Assembly (NCBI GenBank): GCA_026395055.1
Contig: JAPLZK010000002.1
Location: 128,154-192,153, forward strand
Direction: 5' to 3'
DNA length: 64,000 nt
Source: Candidatus Uhrbacteria bacterium
Lineage (GTDB): Bacteria > Patescibacteriota > Patescibacteriia > UBA9934 > GWF2-40-263
The position numbers and the translations under genes are program-made. Shown piece after piece: positions 35,244 to 43,726 of this stretch (its first letter is position 1; each line of letters starts with the position of its first letter). A model generated the notes under the pieces. That model did not search any database, was not told the DNA's origin, and was given only the letters and a program-made list of their open reading frames with translations.

Positions 35244-36500
35244 CTAGACCTGGCACGTGACATTCACGTGTGTGTACCGATCATAGTTTGTGAGGCGCTT
35301 CACGCGCGTCACAGAGGATTTGCGTCCGGTCAGTTTCTTTCGGTTGTCCGAGAGTTTGACGGTCGCGCGTCCACAGATGTGCGTGAGCTTGCAGACAATC
35401 GAGAGGGCTTTCAGTCCACGATTGTTTTTATAGGATTGGAATCCCATGTTATTGCCGAGGTTCGTGCCCCAACCAAATGCGAGCTTGATGCGACCACGGA
35501 AGTGCGCGTTCAGTTTCACAATGAGTCGTGCATCGAGACCGTCCGAGAAGACAATCAATTTCGTTTTCGGATCGATGCCGATCGATTCGTAGTACGCGAT
35601 AACTTTCTCCCCGTACGCAAACGGGTCGCCGGAATCGTGACGTGTTCCGATCCACTTCTTTGCAAACGCTTCGAAGTGTTCAAGAAAGTAGTCAGAGCCG
35701 TACGTGTCCGAGAGTGCAATGGAAAGGATTGTGCCATAGAGGGCAAACCATTGTTCAAGGAGAAGTTCGTGCGAGTACATGTACCCGGCCGCGTCATCCT
35801 CTTTGTGGTAGATGCCTTGATACCCCATGTCCATTTCGTGGGCGATGGTGCCGATCGCATCGATACCGAGTTCGATCGCAATCCAAATGTTTGACGTGCC
35901 GGTAAACTGCGCGCCTATTTTTGCGGTGCAGGTTGCGGCAACTTCACGCTGCCATTCGTAACTCCAACGACGACGCGTGCTGAAATCGGAGACGATCGCG
36001 TCCGACTCCATCACAATCTCGATGTTCTCGATCAACTTGTCACGGCCAGAGGCGAGGACTTCTTCTTCGGTGAGACCAAGCTCTGTGCACTTCGCGCGGA
36101 AGTACAGGCGGTTGACCACGTTCATGATGAACGTTTCCCACATCGTGATTGCCGTCCACTTGCCCCGCGCATGAATGGCGAGCTTGCCCTTCACAACGCC
36201 GACATGAATATCGGAGAGCTTGTAGGATTTCAGCCACGTCAGAAATGCAGGCTGCAATTGCCGACCAAGTGTCGGATGATTCCGAAGGCGTTCGATCATC
36301 TCGTCCGTCATCGTCATCTGCTTGATGTGGTCGAGTTCTGCTTGGACTTGCTCGATCGTCATGAAGTCGAGCAGATTCACATCTGTCCGATTCTTGAACG
36401 TGAATCGTCCCCTCCGTTTGCGCTGATGGAGCCAGATGAACTGGAGCATCATCAGTTTGTACTTGTCTGTATCGAGTAAGTTTTTGACGATGTCGAACAT
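35244..36500 (-). CDS. pncB: Nicotinate phosphoribosyltransferase
   Basis: N-terminal LLDTDKYKLMMLQ motif characteristic of NAPRTase, with size (about 420 aa) consistent. Start at MFDIVKN with RBS aaggaga. Confidence 0.75.
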   Translation of the reverse strand: MFDIVKNLLDTDKYKLMMLQFIWLHQRKRRGRFTFKNRTDVNLLDFMTIEQVQAELDHIKQMTMTDEMIERLRNHPTLGRQLQPAFLTWLKSYKLSDIHVGVVKGKLAIHARGKWTAITMWETFIMNVVNRLYFRAKCTELGLTEEEVLASGRDKLIENIEIVMESDAIVSDFSTRRRWSYEWQREVAATCTAKIGAQFTGTSNIWIAIELGIDAIGTIAHEMDMGYQGIYHKEDDAAGYMYSHELLLEQWFALYGTILSIALSDTYGSDYFLEHFEAFAKKWIGTRHDSGDPFAYGEKVIAYYESIGIDPKTKLIVFSDGLDARLIVKLNAHFRGRIKLAFGWGTNLGNNMGFQSYKNNRGLKALSIVCKLTHICGRATVKLSDNRKKLTGRKSSVTRVKRLTNYDRYTHVNVTCQV

Positions 36501-36656
36501 CGTGTTCTCCTTGTGCAAAAAGGACAGACCCACGAACGTCTTTCGTTCGTGAGAGAAATGTGCCCTCGAGCGCACATGCGCTCGAGAAAACGTTTCTTGG
36601 TCTTTCGAGAAAAATATCCTCGGGGCTGAATGTTCAGCCCCGGGAAGAAGAAGGAA

Positions 36657-38045
36657 TTACAGTTCGCTGATGCGACGCTGCAAATCTGTTTCTGGAAAGA
36701 ACGCGAGTTCTGCGGTTGCGGTTGTGCTTCTGCGAATGGACATGGAGTTCAGTTCGCCGAGTGGAACGCCGTCGCAGAAACCACGCATCGGTCGCTTGTC
36801 TTTGCTCATCGCTTCGAATCGAATGTGTGTATCGATCGGAAGCGGTTCGTTTTTCCAGTGGTGGGAACATACGCAGCTTCCAACGAGTTGGAGCATCTGC
36901 GTGCCAGGAATGAGACGCGAGCCACCCATGCGGTATGCGTATCCTGTTGATCCAGCCGCAGTTGAAACGAGCATGACGTCTGACATGATGGGATCGAATT
37001 TCACTTCGCCATTCATGAGGACACGTGTCCAAATGGTTTGTCCGCTCAGGCGATCAACCCATGCGTCGTTGAACGCGAGCATGGATGCGTGTTCGCCTGT
37101 GACGGATTCTGCTTCCACGTAGAGCAGGGACTCTGTGTACGTTTTGAGTTCACGACACGCGCGGAGTTTTTCCACGATCGTCGCTTCGTCAAAGTCGTTG
37201 AGCAGAAATCCTTTTGTTCCTCGGTTGAGGCCGAAGAACGGAACGTGATCGCGCCAGAGGCGACGAATGGTGTGAAGCATGAAGCCGTCGCCGCCGATGA
37301 CGACAACGCAGTTGTGTTGTCCTGGATCTGTTTGAAACGCGGATGCGAGTTTTGCCGCAATGCTCACCGCGTTTGCGTTTTGATCATTCGCCACAATGAG
37401 TGGCTGCATGGGTTCCGCAAATTTTGCTGGTCCACGCAGAACGCGTCCTGTGAACAACTGGTGTCGTTCCATGAACGCCGCAACAGCTGGCGACACAAGA
37501 GTTTCGATTGATTGGTGCTTGAAGATCCGTTCGCGAATTTCCGAACTGGATCCACGAAGGGTTGGTTCGATGATCGTGTGGTGCGGCGGAAGATCTTCCG
37601 GCACACACTTCACTCCATAGCGCATGTGCACCATGAAATGCAACTCGTTCCAAACTTCCTGTCCACGAAACCACGTTCGATGAATTTCCGATTGACCACG
37701 CGCGCCGCCGGCAATGATGTCGGCGCCGATGACGTGGCAAATTTCGTGATTCGGATAGAGGGCACGATAACGCTGATCGATATCGTACGAACGGGTGAAC
37801 ACCGAATGCTCAAGATCCGTAAGATCAATTTCGACACGCGGAATGCGGCCGAACGCGAGATCACACAGGGCTGCGCGAAACGCGAGCGAAAGATCATTGG
37901 TCGTTTCTTTGTCCGGTCGTGGTCCACACGGAATGACGATGAGACGATCATCAGGACCGAGCCTGTTCGCAAGTTTGCGAATGATCGCTTCGTGATGTAA
38001 TCCCGGAGGGCAGAAACTTCCACCGTACAGAAAAATCGTTGGCAT
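36657..38045 (-). CDS. Bifunctional fusion: NaMN/NMN adenylyltransferase (NadD-like) plus NAD kinase (NadK)
   Basis: N-terminal GGSFCPPGLHH (cytidylyltransferase (H/T)xGH-type motif). C-terminal NAD kinase motifs GGDGFML and DVMLVSTAAGSTGYAYRMGGSRL. Start at MPTIFLYGG with RBS gaaggag. Confidence 0.7.
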   Translation of the reverse strand: MPTIFLYGGSFCPPGLHHEAIIRKLANRLGPDDRLIVIPCGPRPDKETTNDLSLAFRAALCDLAFGRIPRVEIDLTDLEHSVFTRSYDIDQRYRALYPNHEICHVIGADIIAGGARGQSEIHRTWFRGQEVWNELHFMVHMRYGVKCVPEDLPPHHTIIEPTLRGSSSEIRERIFKHQSIETLVSPAVAAFMERHQLFTGRVLRGPAKFAEPMQPLIVANDQNANAVSIAAKLASAFQTDPGQHNCVVVIGGDGFMLHTIRRLWRDHVPFFGLNRGTKGFLLNDFDEATIVEKLRACRELKTYTESLLYVEAESVTGEHASMLAFNDAWVDRLSGQTIWTRVLMNGEVKFDPIMSDVMLVSTAAGSTGYAYRMGGSRLIPGTQMLQLVGSCVCSHHWKNEPLPIDTHIRFEAMSKDKRPMRGFCDGVPLGELNSMSIRRSTTATAELAFFPETDLQRRISEL

Positions 38046-38060
38046 GGTGTACTCCTTCAG

Positions 38061-38120
38061 CTTCAGCGTCCCAGGAGTGGGGCGCTTAAGAAAAGGGCAG
38101 AGTTCGAGAACTCCGCGAGA
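38061..38120. promoter_or_regulatory. Degenerate copy D of the intergenic module
   Basis: cttcagcgtcccaggagtggggcgcttaagaaaaggg followed by hairpin gcagagttcgagaactccgc. On the minus strand this is a hairpin plus CCCUUUUCUU. Confidence 0.45.
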
Positions 38121-38133
38121 GAATGAACGAATC

Positions 38134-38904
38134 CTAGTTGCGTGCGATGAAGCCGAACGATTGCAGGGCTTGTCGCAGTTCAATCGGATCATCTTTGTTG
38201 ATGACGAACAGGTTGCCGGCGCTTGGCGTGAGCGTTCCTGCTTCGAGCTCGGCGGCAATCTCGTCCGCGGCACGACCGGATCCCTTGATCACGTACGTGG
38301 GCCAGCCGTTCTTGACCGAGCGCATGACTTCGTCGCGCGTGATTGGTCCGCCGTTCCATGCGATTACGCCGACCTGGTTGAATCCAGCATGTGCTTTCAG
38401 GTTGGACATGAGTTCGAAGGCAGCATTCAGATCGCCGTCCCAGTCGAGCTTGCCTTCTGCACCATCTTGCACAAGCAGAATGGCGTTCATGGCCGGATTC
38501 GGCGCAGTGCCGTAATCGTCGAGCGTCAGATGTGATTCGCCCGTGAGACGCAAGACGTCTGTACGCGGGGCGGAGCCGAGTGCAATGCATTCGGGATTTG
38601 ATGCCGCGATGAAACCGGGAATGTCTGTGACCATGGGGTCAAGAACAATGTCTTTGTCGAACTGACGCGTGCCACCCGACCAGATCATTCCCTTGAAGCC
38701 TTCGAGGGCCATCAGGAAAAAGCCGATCATGGCACGCTTGTCATCACTATTCATTCCTTTGCATCCGCCGCTGATGCGCAGACACACTTTCTCTCCCGCA
38801 CGCGTTGCCATGAGGGCGAACGTTGCGGGGATTTGATTGCGCTTGTCTTGCACGAGCAGGTAGGTCTTGCCGCCAGGCGCGGTCACGGTTCTTGCTGTTG
38901 TCAT
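38134..38904 (-). CDS. LOG/SLOG-like Rossmann-fold protein, paralog 1
   Basis: LOG-like glycine motifs SGGCKGM and WSGGTRQ (GGGxxG-like) and KGSGRAADE (PGGxGTxEE-like). Paralogous to the neighbouring 257-aa ORF. Confidence 0.5.
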   Translation of the reverse strand: MTTARTVTAPGGKTYLLVQDKRNQIPATFALMATRAGEKVCLRISGGCKGMNSDDKRAMIGFFLMALEGFKGMIWSGGTRQFDKDIVLDPMVTDIPGFIAASNPECIALGSAPRTDVLRLTGESHLTLDDYGTAPNPAMNAILLVQDGAEGKLDWDGDLNAAFELMSNLKAHAGFNQVGVIAWNGGPITRDEVMRSVKNGWPTYVIKGSGRAADEIAAELEAGTLTPSAGNLFVINKDDPIELRQALQSFGFIARN

Positions 38905-38931
38905 CACTGCCTTTACGAACTTCCTAATTTT

Positions 38932-39705
38932 CTACGCCTGTGATTTCACGAGACGCAGTTTCTCCGGGGGAAGGATCCCGAAAGAAATGAGATGTTGCCT
39001 GATGTCGTCAGAATCTTTTTCTGCGACACGGACGTTTGGGTGTGACTCGAGAAACGCCTTGTTGCTCGCATACACATCCGCGTTGCGACCGCTGCCCCTG
39101 ATGAGCAGAACTGGCCAACCGCGTTTTGCGGTTGCGAGGATCTCGCGTTCCGTCACACCACCGCCGTTGTAGACGATGAGCAGTGATTTGAAATCGGCGA
39201 ACTCACGCAGGTCTTTTATGATCTGCAGACATTCTTCGAACTCCGCGTCCCAAATGGCCGGCTGATCCGGCGACACTTGAACCAGCAGACACATATCTTG
39301 GTTTGGATGAATGATCGTACGGTAGGTATCGACGTCACTCTCCGAAACCACGAGTCCGTGTTCCGTGATCTTGATGTCAGAAGTTCTTGGAACGACTCCA
39401 AGGGAAACCATGTTCGGACAGACCTCGCGTATGTGCGACGGAATCTCAGTGATCCCGGGCACAATGTTCGACGCATCTTGTTTCTCGATCATGCGCGTGC
39501 CACCAAAGAGCATGGCGCCCGCAAATCCAGAGAACGCTTCTGCGAAGAGTGAAAGAAAATCTCGCGCATCTTCCGCAGACATGTATCCGCACCCGCCCGT
39601 GAGCCGTACAACAACTCGATTGCGAGCAGTCGTGAGTTTGAGGGCGATCTTTACCGACTGGTCTCCTTCGTTCTTCACGAATAAGGAGGGAATGATGGTA
39701 GACAT
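38932..39705 (-). CDS. LOG/SLOG-like Rossmann-fold protein, paralog 2
   Basis: Same architecture and length as paralog 1 (RLTGGCGYM, FGGTRM, RGSGRNAD). RBS aaggaga. Confidence 0.5.
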   Translation of the reverse strand: MSTIIPSLFVKNEGDQSVKIALKLTTARNRVVVRLTGGCGYMSAEDARDFLSLFAEAFSGFAGAMLFGGTRMIEKQDASNIVPGITEIPSHIREVCPNMVSLGVVPRTSDIKITEHGLVVSESDVDTYRTIIHPNQDMCLLVQVSPDQPAIWDAEFEECLQIIKDLREFADFKSLLIVYNGGGVTEREILATAKRGWPVLLIRGSGRNADVYASNKAFLESHPNVRVAEKDSDDIRQHLISFGILPPEKLRLVKSQA

Positions 39706-39726
39706 CGTGTCTCCTTGTGGTGTGAG

Positions 39727-39800
39727 CCTTCGATTTCAGAACCTCATTGTTGGGGTGCTGAAGAAAAGGGCTCTACATTTCGTTTTGCTGATTTGTATGT
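39727..39800. promoter_or_regulatory. Degenerate copy E of the intergenic module, also the pncA terminator region
   Basis: cttcgatttcagaacctcattgttggggtgctgaagaaaaggg followed by hairpin gctctacat...atggagagc. Confidence 0.45.
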
Positions 39801-39843
39801 GCAAGGTGAAATGGAGAGCGGGGGAGAGAAAGAGCGAATTGCC

Positions 39844-40602
39844 TTAGGTGTGGATCTGATCCGAGTTGATGCACTTCACGCCGCGAGCGATGAGGCGCGC
39901 TTCCATGAAGGCAATCGAGCCGGGGTAGTCGCCATCCGGAGGCAAACCAACGGAGCGCGTGCAGTCGCGGACGATGTAGGACTCGAAGCCTTCGAGTGCC
40001 GCGTCTTCGGCTGTGAAGCCAACGCAGAAGTCGAACGCGAGACCGACGATGAACACGCGCTTGATGCCGCGTTCCTTCAGGATGCGACCAAGACCAGTCG
40101 GCATCCAAAGCGTGTCGCGAAACGCGCTGTAGCTGTCGACGCGCGGATCCGTTCCCTTCGGGAAGTGCAGAATGAACGCGTCGTCGAGATCGCGCAGGCC
40201 GTCGAAGAGACGAATCTCGTTTGTGGTCATATCGGCATGTTCGTCCCAGAGGAGCGTTTCATGCCGATTGAGGCGCATGAGGTAGGCGATCAAATCTTCG
40301 CGGGTGAAGAGTGCATGCTTCGCAATCTTGACCTTGTTTTGCAGAACTTCCGTGATGGTGAGCGGACCGCGGGCCCGTTTCACGTAGGAGGTTCGGTAGT
40401 TGATGTGACCCCTCGGGTGCGCATCGAAGACGTTGAAACGTTGGCGGCGCTTGAACTTCAGAACGAGTTCCCGGAGGACCCCGATGATATCAAGCGCGCC
40501 AGGCACCGGCAGTCCACCATCTGGACCAAATGCATTTGTCGCATCAACGACGATGACCGCATCGCCTTTGCCGATCTTGATCAAACCTTCGAAATTCAGC
40601 AT
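39844..40602 (-). CDS. pncA: Nicotinamidase/pyrazinamidase (isochorismatase family)
   Basis: Isochorismatase-fold motifs VVDATNAF, FDAHP.GH and the catalytic Cys context GLAFDFCV. Confidence 0.7.
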   Translation of the reverse strand: MLNFEGLIKIGKGDAVIVVDATNAFGPDGGLPVPGALDIIGVLRELVLKFKRRQRFNVFDAHPRGHINYRTSYVKRARGPLTITEVLQNKVKIAKHALFTREDLIAYLMRLNRHETLLWDEHADMTTNEIRLFDGLRDLDDAFILHFPKGTDPRVDSYSAFRDTLWMPTGLGRILKERGIKRVFIVGLAFDFCVGFTAEDAALEGFESYIVRDCTRSVGLPPDGDYPGSIAFMEARLIARGVKCINSDQIHT

Positions 40603-40607
40603 GACTC

Positions 40608-40635
40608 ACCTCAATCCCCACGGTGGGGAGGTTCA
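40608..40635. repeat. G-rich palindromic mini-element at the pncA 5' end
   Basis: cctcaatcccca-cgg-tggggaggtt. May supply the SD on the minus strand (ggaggtgagtcATG). Confidence 0.5.
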
Positions 40636-40817
40636 ACGAACAGAATCTGCGGAAAACACTGTGTCATCTGCAGATGAATTCATTGAAAAAACGCTTTTTG
40701 AGAACCGGGGAGAATACCTGATTTTGGCCATTTTGTCAATGGTTTTCGGTTGGTTTACACGAACGAACCCTGAGCGGCCCTTTTCGAGGCTTTTTCGTTG
40801 GAAGGTGCTGTAAATTA

Positions 40818-40844
40818 AAGTAAGTGTAGACTATACACTTACTT
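40818..40844. promoter_or_regulatory. Perfect 11-bp-arm inverted repeat, candidate operator
   Basis: AAGTAAGTGTA-gacta-TACACTTACTT between the nrtR 3' end and the pncA upstream region. Shares the GTGTA...TACAC core with the palindrome at 41582-41596. Confidence 0.45.
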
Positions 40845-40854
40845 ATGTCAAGAC

Positions 40855-40897
40855 CCAATAAAAACGCACCAATCTTTCGATTTGGTGCGTTTGGTTT
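40855..40897. terminator. Bidirectional Rho-independent terminator (for nrtR on the minus strand)
   Basis: acgcaccaa-tctttcgat-ttggtgcgt flanked by A-runs and T-runs. Confidence 0.65.
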
Positions 40898-40908
40898 TGT
40901 CTCATTTG

Positions 40909-41574
40909 TTACATAATTTCCACGTATTCCAGCTTTCGGTGCTTGAACTTATAGAGCTCAGCGGGGCGGTTGGCTTCGCCGCCACGTTTCTTTCCAACAG
41001 GAACGATGAGATCCAGAGCCAAAATGCGCTTGCGGAAGTTGCGTTTATCTACGGTTGTATCAAGAATAATCTCGTAAACACGCTGTAAATCTGTGAGAGT
41101 GAATTCGTCAGGGAGCAAGCTCCAGGCGATGTTTGTGTATTGTAATCGGCTTTTGAGGCGCGTAATGGCTTCCTTGGCAATGATTTTGTGATCATAAGCC
41201 AATTCGGGAAGTTTTTTTACGGGCCACCATTTCACGTCCGCATACTTGTCTGACGTTTTGAGCTGAACGGTGTCAGAGATGAGGGCGAATGACGCAACGG
41301 AAATGACACGTTCTAATTGATCGCGATCAATTGCATCAAATGTTTTCAGTTGTTCAAGGTAGATATTTGAAACTCCTGTCTGTTCTTTTAAAATGCGAAT
41401 GGCGGTCTGTTCTGTGGTTTCTGCGTCCTCAACACGTCCGCCAGGGAAGGCCCAAAGTCCTGTGTAAGGTTTCTTTTTCATTTGGATGAGAAGTGCACAA
41501 AGTTGGTCATCTTTTACGGTAAAGATGACGGTATCAACCGCAACGACGATAGATTGTTTTGTGGATGGGGACAT
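40909..41574 (-). CDS. nrtR: NrtR-family transcriptional regulator (NUDIX-like domain plus C-terminal winged-helix)
   Basis: N-terminal NUDIX box (GGRVEDAETTEQTAIRILKEQTGV) and a C-terminal about 90-aa wHTH-like region. This architecture is diagnostic of NrtR regulators of NAD metabolism. Confidence 0.65.
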   Translation of the reverse strand: MSPSTKQSIVVAVDTVIFTVKDDQLCALLIQMKKKPYTGLWAFPGGRVEDAETTEQTAIRILKEQTGVSNIYLEQLKTFDAIDRDQLERVISVASFALISDTVQLKTSDKYADVKWWPVKKLPELAYDHKIIAKEAITRLKSRLQYTNIAWSLLPDEFTLTDLQRVYEIILDTTVDKRNFRKRILALDLIVPVGKKRGGEANRPAELYKFKHRKLEYVEIM

Positions 41575-41581
41575 AAGTGTT

Positions 41582-41596
41582 TGTGTAAATTACACA
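41582..41596. promoter_or_regulatory. 7-1-7 palindrome immediately upstream of the nrtR start, candidate autoregulatory operator
   Basis: TGTGTAA-a-TTACACA located 8-22 nt upstream of the nrtR ATG. Confidence 0.45.
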
Positions 41597-41697
41597 CAAA
41601 GTATCAGAGAATGAACGCTTCGTCAAGTTTACCTGCCGGCAGGTAGGTGGAAAAAAGCGCGCCTGAGACGTATACTGTGCGCACTAACTGAAATTGT

Positions 41698-42111
41698 ATG
41701 AAATACCGTCAGATTCTGAATCATCGTCCCGCAATGAAGTTTCGTTATGTTTTTTATACGCCTCTCGTTTTTTTTCAGTTCATCCCGATCGTGATTCTTG
41801 ACCTCTCTTTGGAGATTTACCATCAGATCGGATTTCGCCTCATGGGAATTCCTTGTCTAGACCGAAAAAATTTCATTCGCATGGATCGTCACAAGCTTTC
41901 GTATTTAACGTGGTATGAAAAAATTGGGTGTGCCTATTGCGGGTACGTAAACGGATGGTTTCGTTATGCGAGTGCAATCGCTGGTGAGACAGAAAAATAT
42001 TGGTGCGGAATCATGCATAAAAAATATAATGGATTCAAACCGCCAGAGCATCACGCAGACTATTTACCTTTTGGCGATGAAAAGGCGTTTGATGAATTTG
42101 TGAAGAAATAA
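41698..42111 (+). CDS. Hypothetical Cys-containing membrane protein
   Basis: 137 aa with an N-terminal hydrophobic segment and CAYCGY/WCG motifs. Confidence 0.45.
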   Translation: MKYRQILNHRPAMKFRYVFYTPLVFFQFIPIVILDLSLEIYHQIGFRLMGIPCLDRKNFIRMDRHKLSYLTWYEKIGCAYCGYVNGWFRYASAIAGETEKYWCGIMHKKYNGFKPPEHHADYLPFGDEKAFDEFVKK

Positions 42112-42112
42112 T

Positions 42113-42409
42113 ATGGAACGAGAAAAACAACCGTATGTTCCTCCGATGACAGGGGAAGAAGCGCTCGCCATGTTTGGGGATCGTCGATTGCTTGATTTGG
42201 AAGAAGCACGCAAGCATCTTGGAACACGGGTTGATGAAACGGCAAAAGAAATTGCGAACATGCAAATGGATCCAGAACCAGATTGGGAAGAGATTTCAAA
42301 AAAAGAATTAGAGCTCGATCAAACAAGAGAGAAGCTCAAAGAAACAAATCAACTCATTCGAAAGGCCGCACAAGATTTTGGAACAAAACGCGGGCCGCTT
42401 ACCCTGTAA
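42113..42409 (+). CDS. Hypothetical small charged protein
   Basis: 98 aa, translationally coupled to the preceding ORF. Confidence 0.4.
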   Translation: MEREKQPYVPPMTGEEALAMFGDRRLLDLEEARKHLGTRVDETAKEIANMQMDPEPDWEEISKKELELDQTREKLKETNQLIRKAAQDFGTKRGPLTL

Positions 42410-42415
42410 GAACTT

Positions 42416-43714
42416 ATGTCTGTATTTCATATTACTGGCGGAAAGCCACTTGTTGGCGAAATTGCTGTTTCTGGCGCAAAGAATGCTGCTTCAAAAATGC
42501 TGATCGCAACACTGCTCACGTCAGAACCAGTTGTGCTCAAAAATGTTCCGCGCCAACAAGAAACACAAATCACTCAGGAAATTATTGAAGCGGTTGGAGC
42601 AAAGATTGATTGGCGATCGCAGAATGAAGTGTGTGTCACCACTTCGAGCATCCGCTCCACAAACGCAACATCCCTTTCGCGAAAAAATCGCATTAGTATT
42701 TTGGCACTCGCGCCACTTTTGCATCGTGCAGGTGAGGCTTTTGTTCCTCGAGTAGGAGGGGATGCCATCGGACCACGTCCGGTGAATTTTCATATTGATA
42801 TTTTGAAAAAAATGGGCGCAGAAATTCTCGAGACCGAGAATGGGTATCAAGCGAGTGTGAAGAAAAAATTAAAAGGAACATTGATTGAACTCGCATATCC
42901 ATCGGTTGGTGCAACAGAAACAGCCATCCTCGCCGGTGTTCTCGCAGAAGGTCGAACAACTATTCGAAACGCAGCGGGTGAACCAGAGGTCAAACAATTG
43001 ATCATGATGCTCCAAAACATGGGAGCCATTATTCAAATCAACTCCGGACGATGGATTGAAATTTTTGGAGTAGAAAAATTGCGTGGGACAGAAGTCGCCG
43101 TGATGCCGGATCGTATGGAAGCGGCGTCCTATGCATCAATGGCCATTGGAACGCGTGGAGAAATTCTCGTCCGTGGCGCAGAGCATGCGCATATGATGTC
43201 GTTCTTAAATGCGGTGCGACGCATCGGTGGGGAATATGAGGTGAAACCGAATGGAATTTTATTTCGAGGAACACGTCCACTCAAAGGAATTGAACTCGAG
43301 ACAGACACACACCCAGGGTTTATGACGGATTGGCAACAGCCATTCGTTACGGTGCTTACGCAGGCTGTGGGAACCTCGGTTGTACACGAGACGGTGTACG
43401 AGGAACGATTCGGTTACACAGATGCCCTTAAAAAAATGGGAGCAGATATCTCACTTTTCTCAAACTGTCTTGGAGAAATTGAATGTCGATTTAAAGGAAT
43501 GAATTACAAACACTCGGCGGTGATTAATGGTCCATCGAAACTTCACGCGGCAGAAGTAGAAGTTCCTGACATTCGCGCCGGACTCGCGTTCGTTGTCGCG
43601 GCACTTATTGCCGACGGCACTTCAACACTCACGGGAATTGAACATCTTGATCGTGGGTATGAAAACCTTGAAGAGAAACTTCGGGGTGTTGGTGCAGATA
43701 TTAAACGAATCTAA
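42416..43714 (+). CDS. murA: UDP-N-acetylglucosamine 1-carboxyvinyltransferase
   Basis: EPSP-synthase-fold MurA. N-terminal GAKNAA, catalytic loop region, 432 aa. Confidence 0.85.
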   Translation: MSVFHITGGKPLVGEIAVSGAKNAASKMLIATLLTSEPVVLKNVPRQQETQITQEIIEAVGAKIDWRSQNEVCVTTSSIRSTNATSLSRKNRISILALAPLLHRAGEAFVPRVGGDAIGPRPVNFHIDILKKMGAEILETENGYQASVKKKLKGTLIELAYPSVGATETAILAGVLAEGRTTIRNAAGEPEVKQLIMMLQNMGAIIQINSGRWIEIFGVEKLRGTEVAVMPDRMEAASYASMAIGTRGEILVRGAEHAHMMSFLNAVRRIGGEYEVKPNGILFRGTRPLKGIELETDTHPGFMTDWQQPFVTVLTQAVGTSVVHETVYEERFGYTDALKKMGADISLFSNCLGEIECRFKGMNYKHSAVINGPSKLHAAEVEVPDIRAGLAFVVAALIADGTSTLTGIEHLDRGYENLEEKLRGVGADIKRI

Positions 43715-43726
43715 TTGTGTCATTGC

